Shown here piece after piece: positions 8,748 to 18,434 of a stretch of DNA of 64,000 nt. Source of the stretch: Chthonomonadales bacterium (GTDB lineage Bacteria > Armatimonadota > Chthonomonadetes > Chthonomonadales > CAJBBX01); assembly GCA_049967475.1 (NCBI GenBank), contig JBMFSQ010000002.1, forward strand, positions 128,001 to 192,000, given 5' to 3'. The notes beneath the pieces were generated by a model that was given only the letters and a program-made list of their open reading frames with translations, was not told where the DNA came from and searched no databases. The stretch's first letter is position 1. Every line of letters starts with the position of its first letter. Both the position numbers and the translations under genes were made by a program.

Positions 8748-9839
8748 ATGGCCGAACTGTTCGGACGCAGATACACACGCGAGGAACTTCTTGCCCATGT
8801 AGGGGATATCTCCCAAATCGCACGTGTCAAGCCGTACCGTCTCGTAGAAGGCCATGAGGACGGCGTCGCGGCGATGGACGTTGCCACGGGAGGCGGCCTC
8901 ACCTTCACCGTCCTAACCAGTCGGGGAATGGATATCTCTGCAGCGTCCTACAACGGCAGATCCCTCGCGTGGAGGTCGGCTACTACGGATCAACACCCCG
9001 CCTTTTTCGAACCCGAAGGCAGAGGGTGGCTGCGAACCTTCTACGGCGGCCTCGTCCTCACATGCGGCCTCACGTGGATGGGCGCTGCATGTGAAGACGA
9101 AGGCCGGCCGCTGGGCCTCCACGGGCGCATCAGCCATATCCCGGCAACCAACGTCCACTGGGAAGGATCCTGGGAAGGCGATGACTACGTTCTGACGGTA
9201 AGCGGCCGAATGCGCGAAGCCATCGTATTCGGCGAAAACGTCGAGCTGCACCGAACCATCCGAGCACGCCTAGGCGAGACCCGCTTCTTCCTGCATGACC
9301 GAGTGCGCAATATGGGATATCAGCGCACACCCCACATGATGCTCTATCACATCAACATCGGCTTTCCGATTGTGGACGACCATTCCCGCCTCATCGCGCC
9401 CAGCATCACCATCACCCCACGAGACGAAGACGCCGTTGAAGGCAAGGAGCAATACGCCCAGATGCAGCCTCCAACCCCCGGCTTCAGGGAAAAGGTTTAC
9501 TTCCACGACCTGCTGCCCGATGCGGAAGGCATGGTCACCACAGCCATCGTAAACCCCGCCTGTGACGGCGGTTTGGGAGTGTTCGTAACGTATCCTAAGC
9601 ACGAACTCCCCTTCTTCACGGAATGGAAGATGATGGACCAGGGGACGTATGTGGTGGGTATGGAACCCGGGAATGCACTCGTGCTGGGCCGCGCAGCCGA
9701 GCGCGCCGCAGGCCGCCTCCAATTCCTGGAACCGGGTGAAGAGCGGGAATACCATTTGGAAATCGGCGTGATTACAGAGGGGATCCGCATCCGCCAGCTC
9801 GAGGACGCAGCCGCCAAAGCTCCTCACCGCATCCTTTAG
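8748..9839 (+). CDS. Aldose 1-epimerase/galactose-mutarotase-like protein (DUF4432 family)
   Basis: RGMDI, GWLRTFYGGLVLTCG, LHGRIS, MLYHINIGFP, YVVGMEP. Confidence 0.8.
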   Translation: MAELFGRRYTREELLAHVGDISQIARVKPYRLVEGHEDGVAAMDVATGGGLTFTVLTSRGMDISAASYNGRSLAWRSATTDQHPAFFEPEGRGWLRTFYGGLVLTCGLTWMGAACEDEGRPLGLHGRISHIPATNVHWEGSWEGDDYVLTVSGRMREAIVFGENVELHRTIRARLGETRFFLHDRVRNMGYQRTPHMMLYHINIGFPIVDDHSRLIAPSITITPRDEDAVEGKEQYAQMQPPTPGFREKVYFHDLLPDAEGMVTTAIVNPACDGGLGVFVTYPKHELPFFTEWKMMDQGTYVVGMEPGNALVLGRAAERAAGRLQFLEPGEEREYHLEIGVITEGIRIRQLEDAAAKAPHRIL

Positions 9840-9882
9840 CATCCGGTCGGAAGCTCGAGTACCAGAGGGTTGTTCCTACCCC

Positions 9883-9918
9883 TTTACAGCGCAAGGATAT
9901 TTGTGATATAATTCACAG
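9883..9918 (+). promoter_or_regulatory. Sigma70 promoter with overlapping Rex-like (or CRP-like) operator
   Basis: TTTACA(9883)-N18-TATAAT(9907); palindrome TTGTGATATAATTCACAG (9901-9918) versus Rex consensus TTGTGAANNNNTTCACAA. Confidence 0.65.
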
Positions 9919-9983
9919 TGTACGTTCCGGCACCGCGGCGTCGGCAATGTCGGCGCTGCATAGCATCAAAGGATAGCGATACA

Positions 9984-11663
9984 ATGAACGCCAAACGCAT
10001 CCTCATCGTTGGAGGGGTAGCCGGCGGAATGAGCGCAGCCGCCCGCGCCCGCCGGCTCTCCGAAAACGCTGAGATAATCGTATTCGAACGAGGGCCCTAT
10101 CCCTCATTCGCCAATTGCGGCCTCCCATATTACCTGGGCGGCGAGATACCAGACCGTGACGACCTCCTCGTGCAGACGCCCCAAAACCTCCGGGCCCGCT
10201 TCAATCTGGACGTCCGCATACTCAACGAGGTGGTAGCCATAGACCGCGCAGCAAAGCAGGTGCGGATCCGCAGGCTGCAAACAGGTGAGGAGTATACCGA
10301 AGCCTACGATGCCCTGGTTTTGGCTCCCGGCGCCACTCCCCTCAAACCTCCCATACCAGGGATAGACCGGCCAGGTCATTTCGTTGTGCGCACGATCCCG
10401 GATGTGGAAGCCATGGATGCCTGGATCCGCTCCCGCCACCCCAAGCGCGCCCTCATTGTAGGCGGCGGGTTCATCGGCCTGGAGATGGCCGAACAGCTTA
10501 CGCGCAGAGGGCTGCACGTGTCCTTAGCCGAAGCACTTCCCCAGGTCATGAATGCCCTGGACGTAGAGATTGCAGCCCATATCCACGCCGAACTCACTGC
10601 CAACGGGGTGCATCTCTACCTGGGGGACCCGGTCATGCGCTTCGAGGACGGCGACGGCGCCTCAGTCGCCGTGTTGAAGAGTGGTCGAACGATCCCTGCC
10701 GATATCGTGGTGCTGGGGATGGGCGTCAAACCCGAAGTTACTCTGGCCCGGGATGCCGGGCTCGAGATCGGCGCCCTGGGTGGCATCCGGGTGAACGAAC
10801 GTCTGCAGACCTCGGATCCGGCCATTTGGGCCGTGGGCGACGCCATCGAAGTTCGGCATGCCATCACCGGGGAATGGAGCCTGGTACCGTTGGCAGGTCC
10901 GGCCAATCGCCAAGGCAGGTTGGCCGCTGATGCCATCATGGGCCGCCCCGTTCGCTTTGAGGGAGTGTTGGGTACCGGCATCGTGCGCACCTTCGGCATC
11001 ACTGCCGCCGGTGTGGGCGCCAGCGAGAAGCAGCTTCAGCATGCGGGGATGCCCTACGAAGCTGTTCATATTCACTCCATTTCGCACGCAGGGTATTACC
11101 CCGGCGCCAAGCCCATGACCCTCAAACTCCTTTTCGACCCTCGAGACGGCCGTGTGCTGGGCGCACAGATCGCCGGCCGTGATGGTGTAGACAAGCGCAT
11201 TGACGTGCTGGCTGCAGCGATCCACGGCCGAATGACCGTTCAGGACCTGGAAGATCTGGAACTGGCCTACTCACCCCCGTTCAGCTCAGCCCGGGACCCT
11301 GTGAACCTCGCGGGAATGGTAGCCAACAATGCCTTGAAGGGCGATGTGTCCTTGGTCCAGTGGAGGGATATCGAGCACACAGATCCTGAACGAACCCTGC
11401 TGCTAGACGTGCGCCAGCCGGAGGAATATCGCGCGGGACACATCCCAGGCGCCGTCAACATACCTCTTCCTGAACTCCGGCAGCGCCTGGGAGAACTCCC
11501 CAAGAACAAAGAAATCCTGGTCTATTGCGCGATAGGGCAGCGATCCTACTACGCATGCCGCATCCTCAGCGCCCACGGCATCCATGCCCGCAACCTTACC
11601 GGCGCCTACCGCACATGGCAAGCCGGCCGCAAAGGGCGCGACGGCGAGGTGTTCAAACCGTAG
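9984..11663 (+). CDS. CoA-disulfide reductase/NADH oxidase family flavoprotein with C-terminal rhodanese domain
   Basis: GGVAGG FAD motif, SFANCGLPY redox Cys, GGGFIG NAD(P)H motif, YSPPFS, rhodanese LLDVR...GHIPGA...YCAIGQRS. Confidence 0.92.
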   Translation: MNAKRILIVGGVAGGMSAAARARRLSENAEIIVFERGPYPSFANCGLPYYLGGEIPDRDDLLVQTPQNLRARFNLDVRILNEVVAIDRAAKQVRIRRLQTGEEYTEAYDALVLAPGATPLKPPIPGIDRPGHFVVRTIPDVEAMDAWIRSRHPKRALIVGGGFIGLEMAEQLTRRGLHVSLAEALPQVMNALDVEIAAHIHAELTANGVHLYLGDPVMRFEDGDGASVAVLKSGRTIPADIVVLGMGVKPEVTLARDAGLEIGALGGIRVNERLQTSDPAIWAVGDAIEVRHAITGEWSLVPLAGPANRQGRLAADAIMGRPVRFEGVLGTGIVRTFGITAAGVGASEKQLQHAGMPYEAVHIHSISHAGYYPGAKPMTLKLLFDPRDGRVLGAQIAGRDGVDKRIDVLAAAIHGRMTVQDLEDLELAYSPPFSSARDPVNLAGMVANNALKGDVSLVQWRDIEHTDPERTLLLDVRQPEEYRAGHIPGAVNIPLPELRQRLGELPKNKEILVYCAIGQRSYYACRILSAHGIHARNLTGAYRTWQAGRKGRDGEVFKP

Positions 11664-11673
11664 CCCTGTTCGC

Positions 11674-11713
11674 GGGACTGCCGGTTCCATTCCTTCCCCG
11701 GCAGTCCCTTCTT
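11674..11713 (+). terminator. Probable intrinsic terminator
   Basis: Perfect 11-bp inverted repeat GGGACTGCCGG/CCGGCAGTCCC followed by TTCTT, just after the stop at 11663. Confidence 0.6.
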
Positions 11714-12115
11714 CGTTGGAACTCCCACTGCCGGCTTCTCCTTACCCCAGGGGAACCTCCCGCCGATAATCACACAAGGGGAAGCCCTAGCATGCCGCCG
11801 CACAGTCGCCCGAAGGTCCCTGGCCCAGAGGCGCCTGCCGGCAAACACTTCCTTCCGCCCGGCTCCGGGTAGAATACGCGCGAGGGCAGCTCAAGAGCCC
11901 GTGCGTGCGTTTTCCCTAGGTCCAGGCGGGCGGGCAGGAGGACGGCCATATCGCAGAGAATATTGATAATGCATGCGCGCACCAGATAGAATCCAATTCG
12001 CGCCACCTCCATATAGATCGGAGCAGCGGCGTGTAAAGTACCCAACGAAACTCCGCGCGAAGGCGGCCGGAACTCCGTGACGGCCTCCGCCGGGGCAATC
12101 CATCAGGAAGGTTCA

Positions 12116-13603
12116 ATGTCCGATCGCAGGTTGAGAATACTCATTGCAGCGGCCGAGGTCGCTCCATTTGCCAAAGTAGGCGGCCTGGCCGACGTCGCCG
12201 GAGCCCTCCCGAAGGCGCTCGCCGCCCTCGGTCATGACGTCCGCGTGGTGATGCCTTGCTACAAGATGATCGAGCAGGACCCCCGCTTCGCCGTGTCCGA
12301 CCTGATCCCACCCTTCGATGTCCCCATAACCCAAGGATATTCCGAGCGGGCTTGGGTACGCCAGACCCATATCGGTTCCGAGATACCCGTTTACCTCGTG
12401 GCCTCGGACCGGTATTTTACCGAGGCTACAGAAAGTAAAAAGGTGTACTCGCTGCAGGCCGAGCCCTACATCTTCTTCGACCGTGCAGTCGCCGAAATGG
12501 TCCCCCATCTCTCGCCTGCGTGGCAGCCGGATATCATCCATTGCAACGATTGGCATACGGGGCTCATTCCGGTGTATATCGAGCTTTTCTACTCGCGCAC
12601 CCCGGAATGGTCTAGGGCGGCCCGCGTCTTCACCATTCACAACCTCGCCTACCAAGGCGAATTCCCGTTCGAGATGCTCCATCGGGCAGGATTGCCGGAA
12701 CGCCTGTTCACCTACGATAAATTGGAGTTCTTCGGTAACTGGAGCTTCATGAAGGGCGGCCTTGTATACTCCGACATGGTGAACACCGTCAGCAGAACCT
12801 ATGCCAAAGAGATCCAGACGCCGGAATACGGCTGCAGATTAGAGGGCCTTCTTCAATGGCTGGATCGTAACGGCCGCCTCACCGGCATCGTCAACGGGAT
12901 AGACTACGACGAGTACAATCCCGCCACTGATCCGCGCATCCCGGCACATTACTCCGCTGCCAAGCCTGACGGGAAGAAGAAATGCAAACAGGCGCTGCAA
13001 CGCGAAAGCGGCCTGAAGGTGGATGCCGCTACGCCCGTAATCGGCATTATCTCGCGCCTTGCAGACCAAAAAGGCTTCGATCTCATTGCATCCGTAGCAG
13101 ACGAGCTGATGGCTCTACCGCTGGAATTGGTGGTTTTGGGCACCGGCGACGAGCGCTACGAAAACCTCTTCCGTCGTTTGGAGAATGAGAACCCGGGCAA
13201 GGTGAAGGCGAACATCGGCTTCGACGCCGATTTAGCCCAGCGCATTTACGCAGGAAGCGACCTGTTCCTGATGCCTTCCCGTTTCGAGCCATGCGGCCTT
13301 GGCCAGCTCATGAGCCTTCGGTACGGAACGATCCCTATCGTCCGCAGCACAGGAGGTTTGGCCGACACGGTTACAGATTATTCAGACGGAAGGGGCAACG
13401 GTTTCGTATTCCAGGATTACGACCCGGGAGCCCTATTGGATGCCATAGAGCGGGCGATGAGTGTTTATAAGGATCGCAAGGCATGGAAGGTGCTGATACG
13501 CCGCGCCATGGAGGCCGATTATTCCTGGACGGCCTCAGCCAAGGAGTACGAACAGCTCTACCGCAGCGCCCAGGCGGCGCCCAGACCCGCCCAGGCCGCC
13601 TGA
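12116..13603 (+). CDS. glgA: Glycogen synthase (GT5)
   Basis: KVGGLADV, IHCNDWHTG, TIHNLAYQG, SRLADQKG, PSRFEPCGLGQL, TGGLADTV. Confidence 0.96.
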   Translation: MSDRRLRILIAAAEVAPFAKVGGLADVAGALPKALAALGHDVRVVMPCYKMIEQDPRFAVSDLIPPFDVPITQGYSERAWVRQTHIGSEIPVYLVASDRYFTEATESKKVYSLQAEPYIFFDRAVAEMVPHLSPAWQPDIIHCNDWHTGLIPVYIELFYSRTPEWSRAARVFTIHNLAYQGEFPFEMLHRAGLPERLFTYDKLEFFGNWSFMKGGLVYSDMVNTVSRTYAKEIQTPEYGCRLEGLLQWLDRNGRLTGIVNGIDYDEYNPATDPRIPAHYSAAKPDGKKKCKQALQRESGLKVDAATPVIGIISRLADQKGFDLIASVADELMALPLELVVLGTGDERYENLFRRLENENPGKVKANIGFDADLAQRIYAGSDLFLMPSRFEPCGLGQLMSLRYGTIPIVRSTGGLADTVTDYSDGRGNGFVFQDYDPGALLDAIERAMSVYKDRKAWKVLIRRAMEADYSWTASAKEYEQLYRSAQAAPRPAQAA

Positions 13604-13615
13604 CGGAGTGGGGAT

Positions 13616-13912
13616 ATGGTAGCATTGGTGGAGGCACTGCCGACACTGTTGGCTTCATTGGCGGCCCTCGCTGTGGGCCTCGCAAGCCTCACAGTGGGGG
13701 TATCCTTAAGCGTGTTTCTCACACGCTCAGTGTCGGCATTTGTTGTGTTCTGGGCAATCGGTGCCGTGATGCGCGCCCTTATGGCAGATGCTGCCCGAAC
13801 CGCCGAGAATGCAACAACCTCCAAGCACGAGACATTGGCGATCGAGCCGGGAACACCTGTGGCACAACTGCTTGAGGACGAGCAAGGACAACAGCAGGCG
13901 CACTCAGCCTGA
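13616..13912 (+). CDS. Small hypothetical membrane protein upstream of fliA
   Basis: Two hydrophobic segments plus a polar tail; fills the gap between glgA and fliA, GGAG RBS. Confidence 0.6.
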   Translation: MVALVEALPTLLASLAALAVGLASLTVGVSLSVFLTRSVSAFVVFWAIGAVMRALMADAARTAENATTSKHETLAIEPGTPVAQLLEDEQGQQQAHSA

Positions 13913-13959
13913 AACCTCTGCCGGAGTGATCACCGCACGTGGAAGGAAAGTCTCGAGGT

Positions 13960-14733
13960 ATGAGCGGACCCGAGCTGGCCGCCGCCTGGCGCCGCTACAA
14001 GGAACAGGGCGACGCCGCAGCCCGGGACGCGATCATCAACCAGTATGCGTACCTAGTCAAGATCACGGCGGGTCGCGTCGTGGGGAGCCTTCCGCCTACT
14101 CTGGAGCGCGACGACCTCGTAAGCGCCGGTGTGGTCGGGCTCATCAAGGCTGTGGATCAGTTCGACGTGCACCGGCAGGTGAAGTTCGAAACCTATGCCA
14201 TCGCCCTCATCCGTGGGGCCATCCTCGAGATGCTCCGAGAGCAAGACTGGGTCCCCCGCTCCATCCGCGAACGCGTTAAGTCGTTGGAAAAAACCTATCT
14301 GGCGTTGGAAACCGCCCTCGGTCGCCCGCCCACAGAGCACGAAGTCGCACGCGAACTCAACATGACCCTAGAGGAGTTCAACAAACTCCTTATGGACACC
14401 GGTCGCACCACTCTCATCAGCCTGGATGATCTGCTCGTGGGATCCGAGGGGAGCGAACGCCTCCATCTATCCGACGTGATCCACGACGAGAGCGCCGCTC
14501 CCGCCGCCGAGGTGGAGATGCGCGAGATGAAGCGCACCCTTGCCGCAGCCATTGACCGGCTTCCGGAACGGGAACGCCTGGTCATTGCCCTGTATTACTA
14601 CGAAGGTCTCACATTCAAAGAGATCGGCAAGATCTTGGGCATCTCCGAATCCCGCGTCTACCAGCTCCATACCCAGGCAGTCATCCGCCTGCGCGGCTAC
14701 CTCCAACGCGACACGGCCCTCTTCCGCGGCTAA
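13960..14733 (+). CDS. fliA: RNA polymerase sigma-28 factor (FliA/WhiG family)
   Basis: DDLVSAGVVGL, KFETYA..IRGAILEMLREQDWVPRSIR, LYYYEGLTFKEIGKILGISESRVYQLH. Confidence 0.93.
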   Translation: MSGPELAAAWRRYKEQGDAAARDAIINQYAYLVKITAGRVVGSLPPTLERDDLVSAGVVGLIKAVDQFDVHRQVKFETYAIALIRGAILEMLREQDWVPRSIRERVKSLEKTYLALETALGRPPTEHEVARELNMTLEEFNKLLMDTGRTTLISLDDLLVGSEGSERLHLSDVIHDESAAPAAEVEMREMKRTLAAAIDRLPERERLVIALYYYEGLTFKEIGKILGISESRVYQLHTQAVIRLRGYLQRDTALFRG

Positions 14734-14801
14734 TGTCCCCTCTCCCATTCCTCGGCAACCCAATCGCCTGCTCCTGCAATTTCTCCATGGGCGGTGCCAT
14801 C

Positions 14802-14830
14802 TTGCAAACAACCTCTCCCTCTGATATCAT
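14802..14830 (+). promoter_or_regulatory. Sigma70 promoter with extended -10
   Basis: TTGCAA-N17-TATCAT with TGA immediately before the -10. Confidence 0.6.
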
Positions 14831-14923
14831 GATTATAGGTTGCGGCATGCAACCGCCGCAGCCGCATCCAATTGCAGAAAGATCGAGCTCGCAGTGCACC
14901 GCGGGGCTCAGAAATAGCGAGGC

Positions 14924-16534
14924 GTGAACAGCGCGTATCCAGTGAAACAACAACGCATCACCGATAATCTGGTACAACTGCTGGAAGTCCTTCCACCCTC
15001 AATCCGGCAGCATATCGAAACCACCGAGCCCCTGGACGATCTCCTTGAGATTGTACTGGACTTGGGCCGCATTCCCGAGGCGCGCTTCCCCAATCGGGTT
15101 ATCGAGCTGGGGCGGCAGCCTGTCACCAATGAAGACATCGAATATGTTGTGGGCCGCGTAGGTACCTTCGGCAAGGACAATCGAGCCGGCATCGAGAGGA
15201 CGCTACACCGCATCTCGGCAATCCGCAACCGCGTCGGGAAGATTGTAGGTCTTACCTGCCGCATCGGTCGAGCCGTTTACGGCACCATAGACATCATACA
15301 AGACGTGGTGGAGGGGGGTAAATCCATCCTCATCCTGGGGCGGCCTGGCCGCGGCAAAACGACGAAGCTGCGGGAAGTGGCGCGGGTTCTCTCGGAAGAG
15401 ATGCGCAAGCGTGTCGTCATCGTGGACACGTCCAATGAGATCGCAGGCGATGGGGATGTTCCCCACCCTGCGATAGGCCGTGCCCGCCGGATGCAGGTTG
15501 CGGAGCCCTCCCTTCAGCACGCTGTGATGATCGAGGCGGTAGAGAACCACATGCCCGAGGTCATCGTGATTGATGAGATCGGAACAGAGCAGGAGGCCTT
15601 CGCGGCGCGAACCATCGCAGAACGGGGCGTGCAGCTCATTGGTACCGCCCACGGCAACAGCCTCGAGAACCTGCTCATGAACCCTACCCTCTCAGACCTC
15701 GTAGGGGGCATCCAAGCCGTGACGCTCTCCGATGAAGAGGCGAAGCGGCGAGGAACGCAGAAAACCGTCCTTGAGCGCAAGTCACCTCCCACCTTCGATG
15801 TGGTTATCGAGATGATCGAGGTAGACAAACTTGCCATCCATCACGACGTGGCTTCCACCGTAGACGCGATCCTCAGAGGCCGTCAGCCCCGGCCCGAGAT
15901 CCGCGTGCGGAACCCATTGGGCGAGATCGAGGTAGTGCAGCGCCCGACCTCCGCACCGGCCATCCGCGAGATCCCAGAGGAAGGTCCTGCAGACGCAGGT
16001 GAACGTGAGGTGCCCCGCGCAGAACTCTCCTACCGCATGGCTCCGGCCCCCAGTTTGCGAAGGGAGGCGCCCACGACCCTTCGCGTTTTCCCCTATGGGG
16101 TGAGCCGGAGCCGGCTGGATCGGGCCATCCGCGAAACGCGCGTCCCCGCCTATATCGCCCGAGACGTGGATGAGGCGGATGTGGTCATGGCTCTCAAAGC
16201 CAGCTACCGCCGTGAACCCGGCAAGATGCGTGAGGCCGCGCAACGCAACCTTCCCACATTCATCGTCAAGAGCAATACGTACGCGCAGATTGCATCGGCT
16301 GTGCGCGACATGTTTCAGCTCGGCGCTCTGGAACAGGCCGATCCCGAGGAAGCCTTGCGCGAAGCGGAGGAGGGTATCCGTCGCGCCTTGGACACCGGCG
16401 AACCTGTGGAACTGACACCGCAAAACAGTTACCTTCGCCGCCTGCAGCATCAACTGGTAGAACGGTACCAGCTCGTGTCCGAAAGTGTTGGGGTGGAACC
16501 GCGCCGCCGCGTGCGCATCATGCCCGCCGCGTAA
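14924..16534 (+). CDS. Ycf45/SpoIIIAA-like P-loop ATPase with C-terminal R3H domain
   Basis: [49 protein letters not shown]3H motif RRLQH. Confidence 0.9.
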   Translation: MNSAYPVKQQRITDNLVQLLEVLPPSIRQHIETTEPLDDLLEIVLDLGRIPEARFPNRVIELGRQPVTNEDIEYVVGRVGTFGKDNRAGIERTLHRISAIRNRVGKIVGLTCRIGRAVYGTIDIIQDVVEGGKSILILGRPGRGKTTKLREVARVLSEEMRKRVVIVDTSNEIAGDGDVPHPAIGRARRMQVAEPSLQHAVMIEAVENHMPEVIVIDEIGTEQEAFAARTIAERGVQLIGTAHGNSLENLLMNPTLSDLVGGIQAVTLSDEEAKRRGTQKTVLERKSPPTFDVVIEMIEVDKLAIHHDVASTVDAILRGRQPRPEIRVRNPLGEIEVVQRPTSAPAIREIPEEGPADAGEREVPRAELSYRMAPAPSLRREAPTTLRVFPYGVSRSRLDRAIRETRVPAYIARDVDEADVVMALKASYRREPGKMREAAQRNLPTFIVKSNTYAQIASAVRDMFQLGALEQADPEEALREAEEGIRRALDTGEPVELTPQNSYLRRLQHQLVERYQLVSESVGVEPRRRVRIMPAA

Positions 16535-16568
16535 CGTCCCGACACCATCGCCGAACCCCTTGGAAAGG

Positions 16569-17279
16569 ATGGATGATACGGTGCCCCCTGAGCACGATGC
16601 AGGCGTGCAAATCAGCCGAGGCGTCTTCATTACCTTCGAAGGCGTAGAAGGCTCCGGCAAAAGCACCCAGATCGCTCTGCTCCAAGCCGCCGTGCGCCAG
16701 GGAGGCATCTCAGTGTCCTGCTTCCGGGAACCCGGCGGAACTCCGGCGGGCGAGCAGATACGCACGGTGCTCCTCTCGCACGAGGCCGACGTAACGCCGG
16801 CAGCGGAACTCTTCCTCTTCCTCGCGGCGAGGGCAGAACTGGTTGCCAAGGCCGTCGCCCCTGCCCTCGCCTCCGGCCGATGGGTGCTCTGCGACCGGTA
16901 CAGCGACTCCACACTGGCGTATCAGGGGTATGCTCGCGGATTTCCGCTGGATTGGCTTCGATCACTCAACCGCTTCGCCACCCAGAACGTGTCCCCATAC
17001 CTCACCATCCTGCTGGACCTGGATCCGCGGGTTGGGCTGGCACGCTCAACCGGACGCGACCGGATGGAAGCCGAGGACGAGGAATTCCACCGTCGCGTCC
17101 GCCAGGGCTTCCTGGACCTCGCAGGGCAGGAGCCTGAACGTTTCGTGGTGATAGATGGCACCCTCCCCGCGCAGCACATCCATCGCAAAGTGGTGGATGT
17201 GGTGTCCTCCCGCACCGGGGTACGGCTTCCGTGTTGCAGCGCCGGCGGAGAATGCGCCCCATCGCCGCACATGATCTAA
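16569..17279 (+). CDS. tmk: Thymidylate kinase (start uncertain)
   Basis: FITFEGVEGSGKSTQ, REPGGT, LCDRYSDSTLAYQGYARG, DRME. Confidence 0.93.
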   Translation: MDDTVPPEHDAGVQISRGVFITFEGVEGSGKSTQIALLQAAVRQGGISVSCFREPGGTPAGEQIRTVLLSHEADVTPAAELFLFLAARAELVAKAVAPALASGRWVLCDRYSDSTLAYQGYARGFPLDWLRSLNRFATQNVSPYLTILLDLDPRVGLARSTGRDRMEAEDEEFHRRVRQGFLDLAGQEPERFVVIDGTLPAQHIHRKVVDVVSSRTGVRLPCCSAGGECAPSPHMI

Positions 17280-17290
17280 AGGAGAACGCT

Positions 17291-17620
17291 ATGAAGCTCG
17301 TCATCACCGTGGTGCACGATCGCGACAAGGCCCGCATCACCGAGGCCCTGTTGCGCAATGGGTTCAAGTTCACCAAGATCGGCAGCACCGGGGGGTTCCT
17401 GCGCGAGGGCAACGTGACCTTGCTCATCGGCGTAGAAGAGAAGCAAGTGGACCGAGTGATCGAGGTGATCGGCGAGAGCTGCAAGACGCGAGAACAGTTC
17501 GTGAACGTGCTCCCCCCCGATGCGGCTCCCGTGGGTACCTTCATGCCGTCGCCGGTGAAAGTGCTTGTGGGCGGAGCAGTCGTTTTTGTTGTAGATGTCG
17601 AGCGCTTCGAACGCTTCTGA
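17291..17620 (+). CDS. darA: Cyclic-di-AMP receptor DarA/PstA (YaaQ, PII-like)
   Basis: MKLVITVVHDRD...TKIGSTGGFLREGNVTLLIG...VLVGGAVVFV; directly after tmk as in Firmicutes. Confidence 0.9.
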   Translation: MKLVITVVHDRDKARITEALLRNGFKFTKIGSTGGFLREGNVTLLIGVEEKQVDRVIEVIGESCKTREQFVNVLPPDAAPVGTFMPSPVKVLVGGAVVFVVDVERFERF

Positions 17621-17801
17621 ACGTTGCCAAATGCGGCAGAGCAACGGGCTGCAATCCTCTTTGAAGCGATTGGTGCCGTTCTTCGGGGTTGCGCACCGCC
17701 TGCGGGAGGTTTGTGCGTAAAGGAACGTTGCTGCGTACGGAACACCGTGGCGCCGTCGGCCGGTTGGGGGTAGTCTGGATAGCTCAGCGCCCCAGGTCGC
17801 A

Positions 17802-18434
17802 GCCAATCTTCCGAGACCGCAGCTTTGACCATAACTGGCGTTCCGTTGCCGTCATTTCGCGTCGGAGCCGCTGACGCTTGAGCAGGCTATCCCTGGGAGT
17901 GTCACTCCAGTCCCGATTGCCGCCCAGCGATCGAGGCCGGCATTTGGCAAGCACGAAGTGATCCGCCGTTAGCCAGAGGATTCGTTCGGATAGGGCATTG
18001 CGCAAGCCGACCATCGTCCCTCGGTAGGGTCTGCGCATCACGCGCAGCACCTGGTGCGGCGCGCCATCGTGCCCCAACACGAACTGGCCGGGCTGGACCT
18101 CTTCGATGGGCACAATGCGCAGACGGATATCCGCCCGCCTCACCTCCGCCGTGGACGGAATATCACCCCTCCTGGCCTCCCCCGTGGACGGGGGAGGAAG
18201 GGCGCCCTCCCCGCTCGCGGGGAGGGATGGGGTGGGGGTTCTGCCACCCGCGGACGAGATGGCCCCCCTCGTTGCCTTCCCCGTGTAAGGAATATCCCCC
18301 CTCCTAACCTCCCCCGTGGACGGGGGAGGAACAGCCCCCTCCCCGCCCGCGGGGAGGGATGGGGTGGGGGTTCTGTCACCGGTAGCCGGCGTTGGGGTGG
18401 GGGCAACCAGCCCCCCCGTCCCTCGGTGCACGTA
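17802..18434 (-). mobile_element. Intein remnant: Hint N-terminal splicing region plus start of a DUF559/Vsr-like endonuclease; C-terminal half deleted
   Basis: Begins right after DFF with YVHRGT (block A-like, Cys1 replaced by Tyr, TAC); IVPIEEVQPGQFVLGHDG; block B LTADHFVL (17958-17969); then RQRLRREMTATERQLWSKLRSRKIG, typical of the DUF559 N-terminus. Confidence 0.7.
18125..18380. repeat. Two 92-bp direct repeats (18157-18248, 18289-18380) plus a partial third, each containing two GC-rich palindromes (REP-like)
   Basis: Palindromes CCTCCCCCGT-GG-ACGGGGGAGG and CCCTCCCCGC-(T/C)C-GCGGGGAGGG; period 132 nt, in frame; encode TPTPSLPAxGEGAxPPPSTGExRRG. Confidence 0.9.

Noticed and set aside
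11715..12110. Riboswitch or ncRNA upstream of glgA
   Set aside because: Some hairpins are present, but no conserved c-di-GMP, c-di-AMP, TPP, SAM or cobalamin core motifs could be matched by eye; an Rfam scan would be needed.
17784..17786. In-frame TGA as a selenocysteine codon, given that selB is present
   Set aside because: The position corresponds to an aromatic residue (probably TGG Trp) in MTases, and the gene has other lesions. No convincing Sec-containing ORF was seen in the window.
18125..18380. Repeats as a CRISPR array
   Set aside because: Only two full 92-bp units, no series of unique spacers, no cas genes; they lie in frame within a coding relic.
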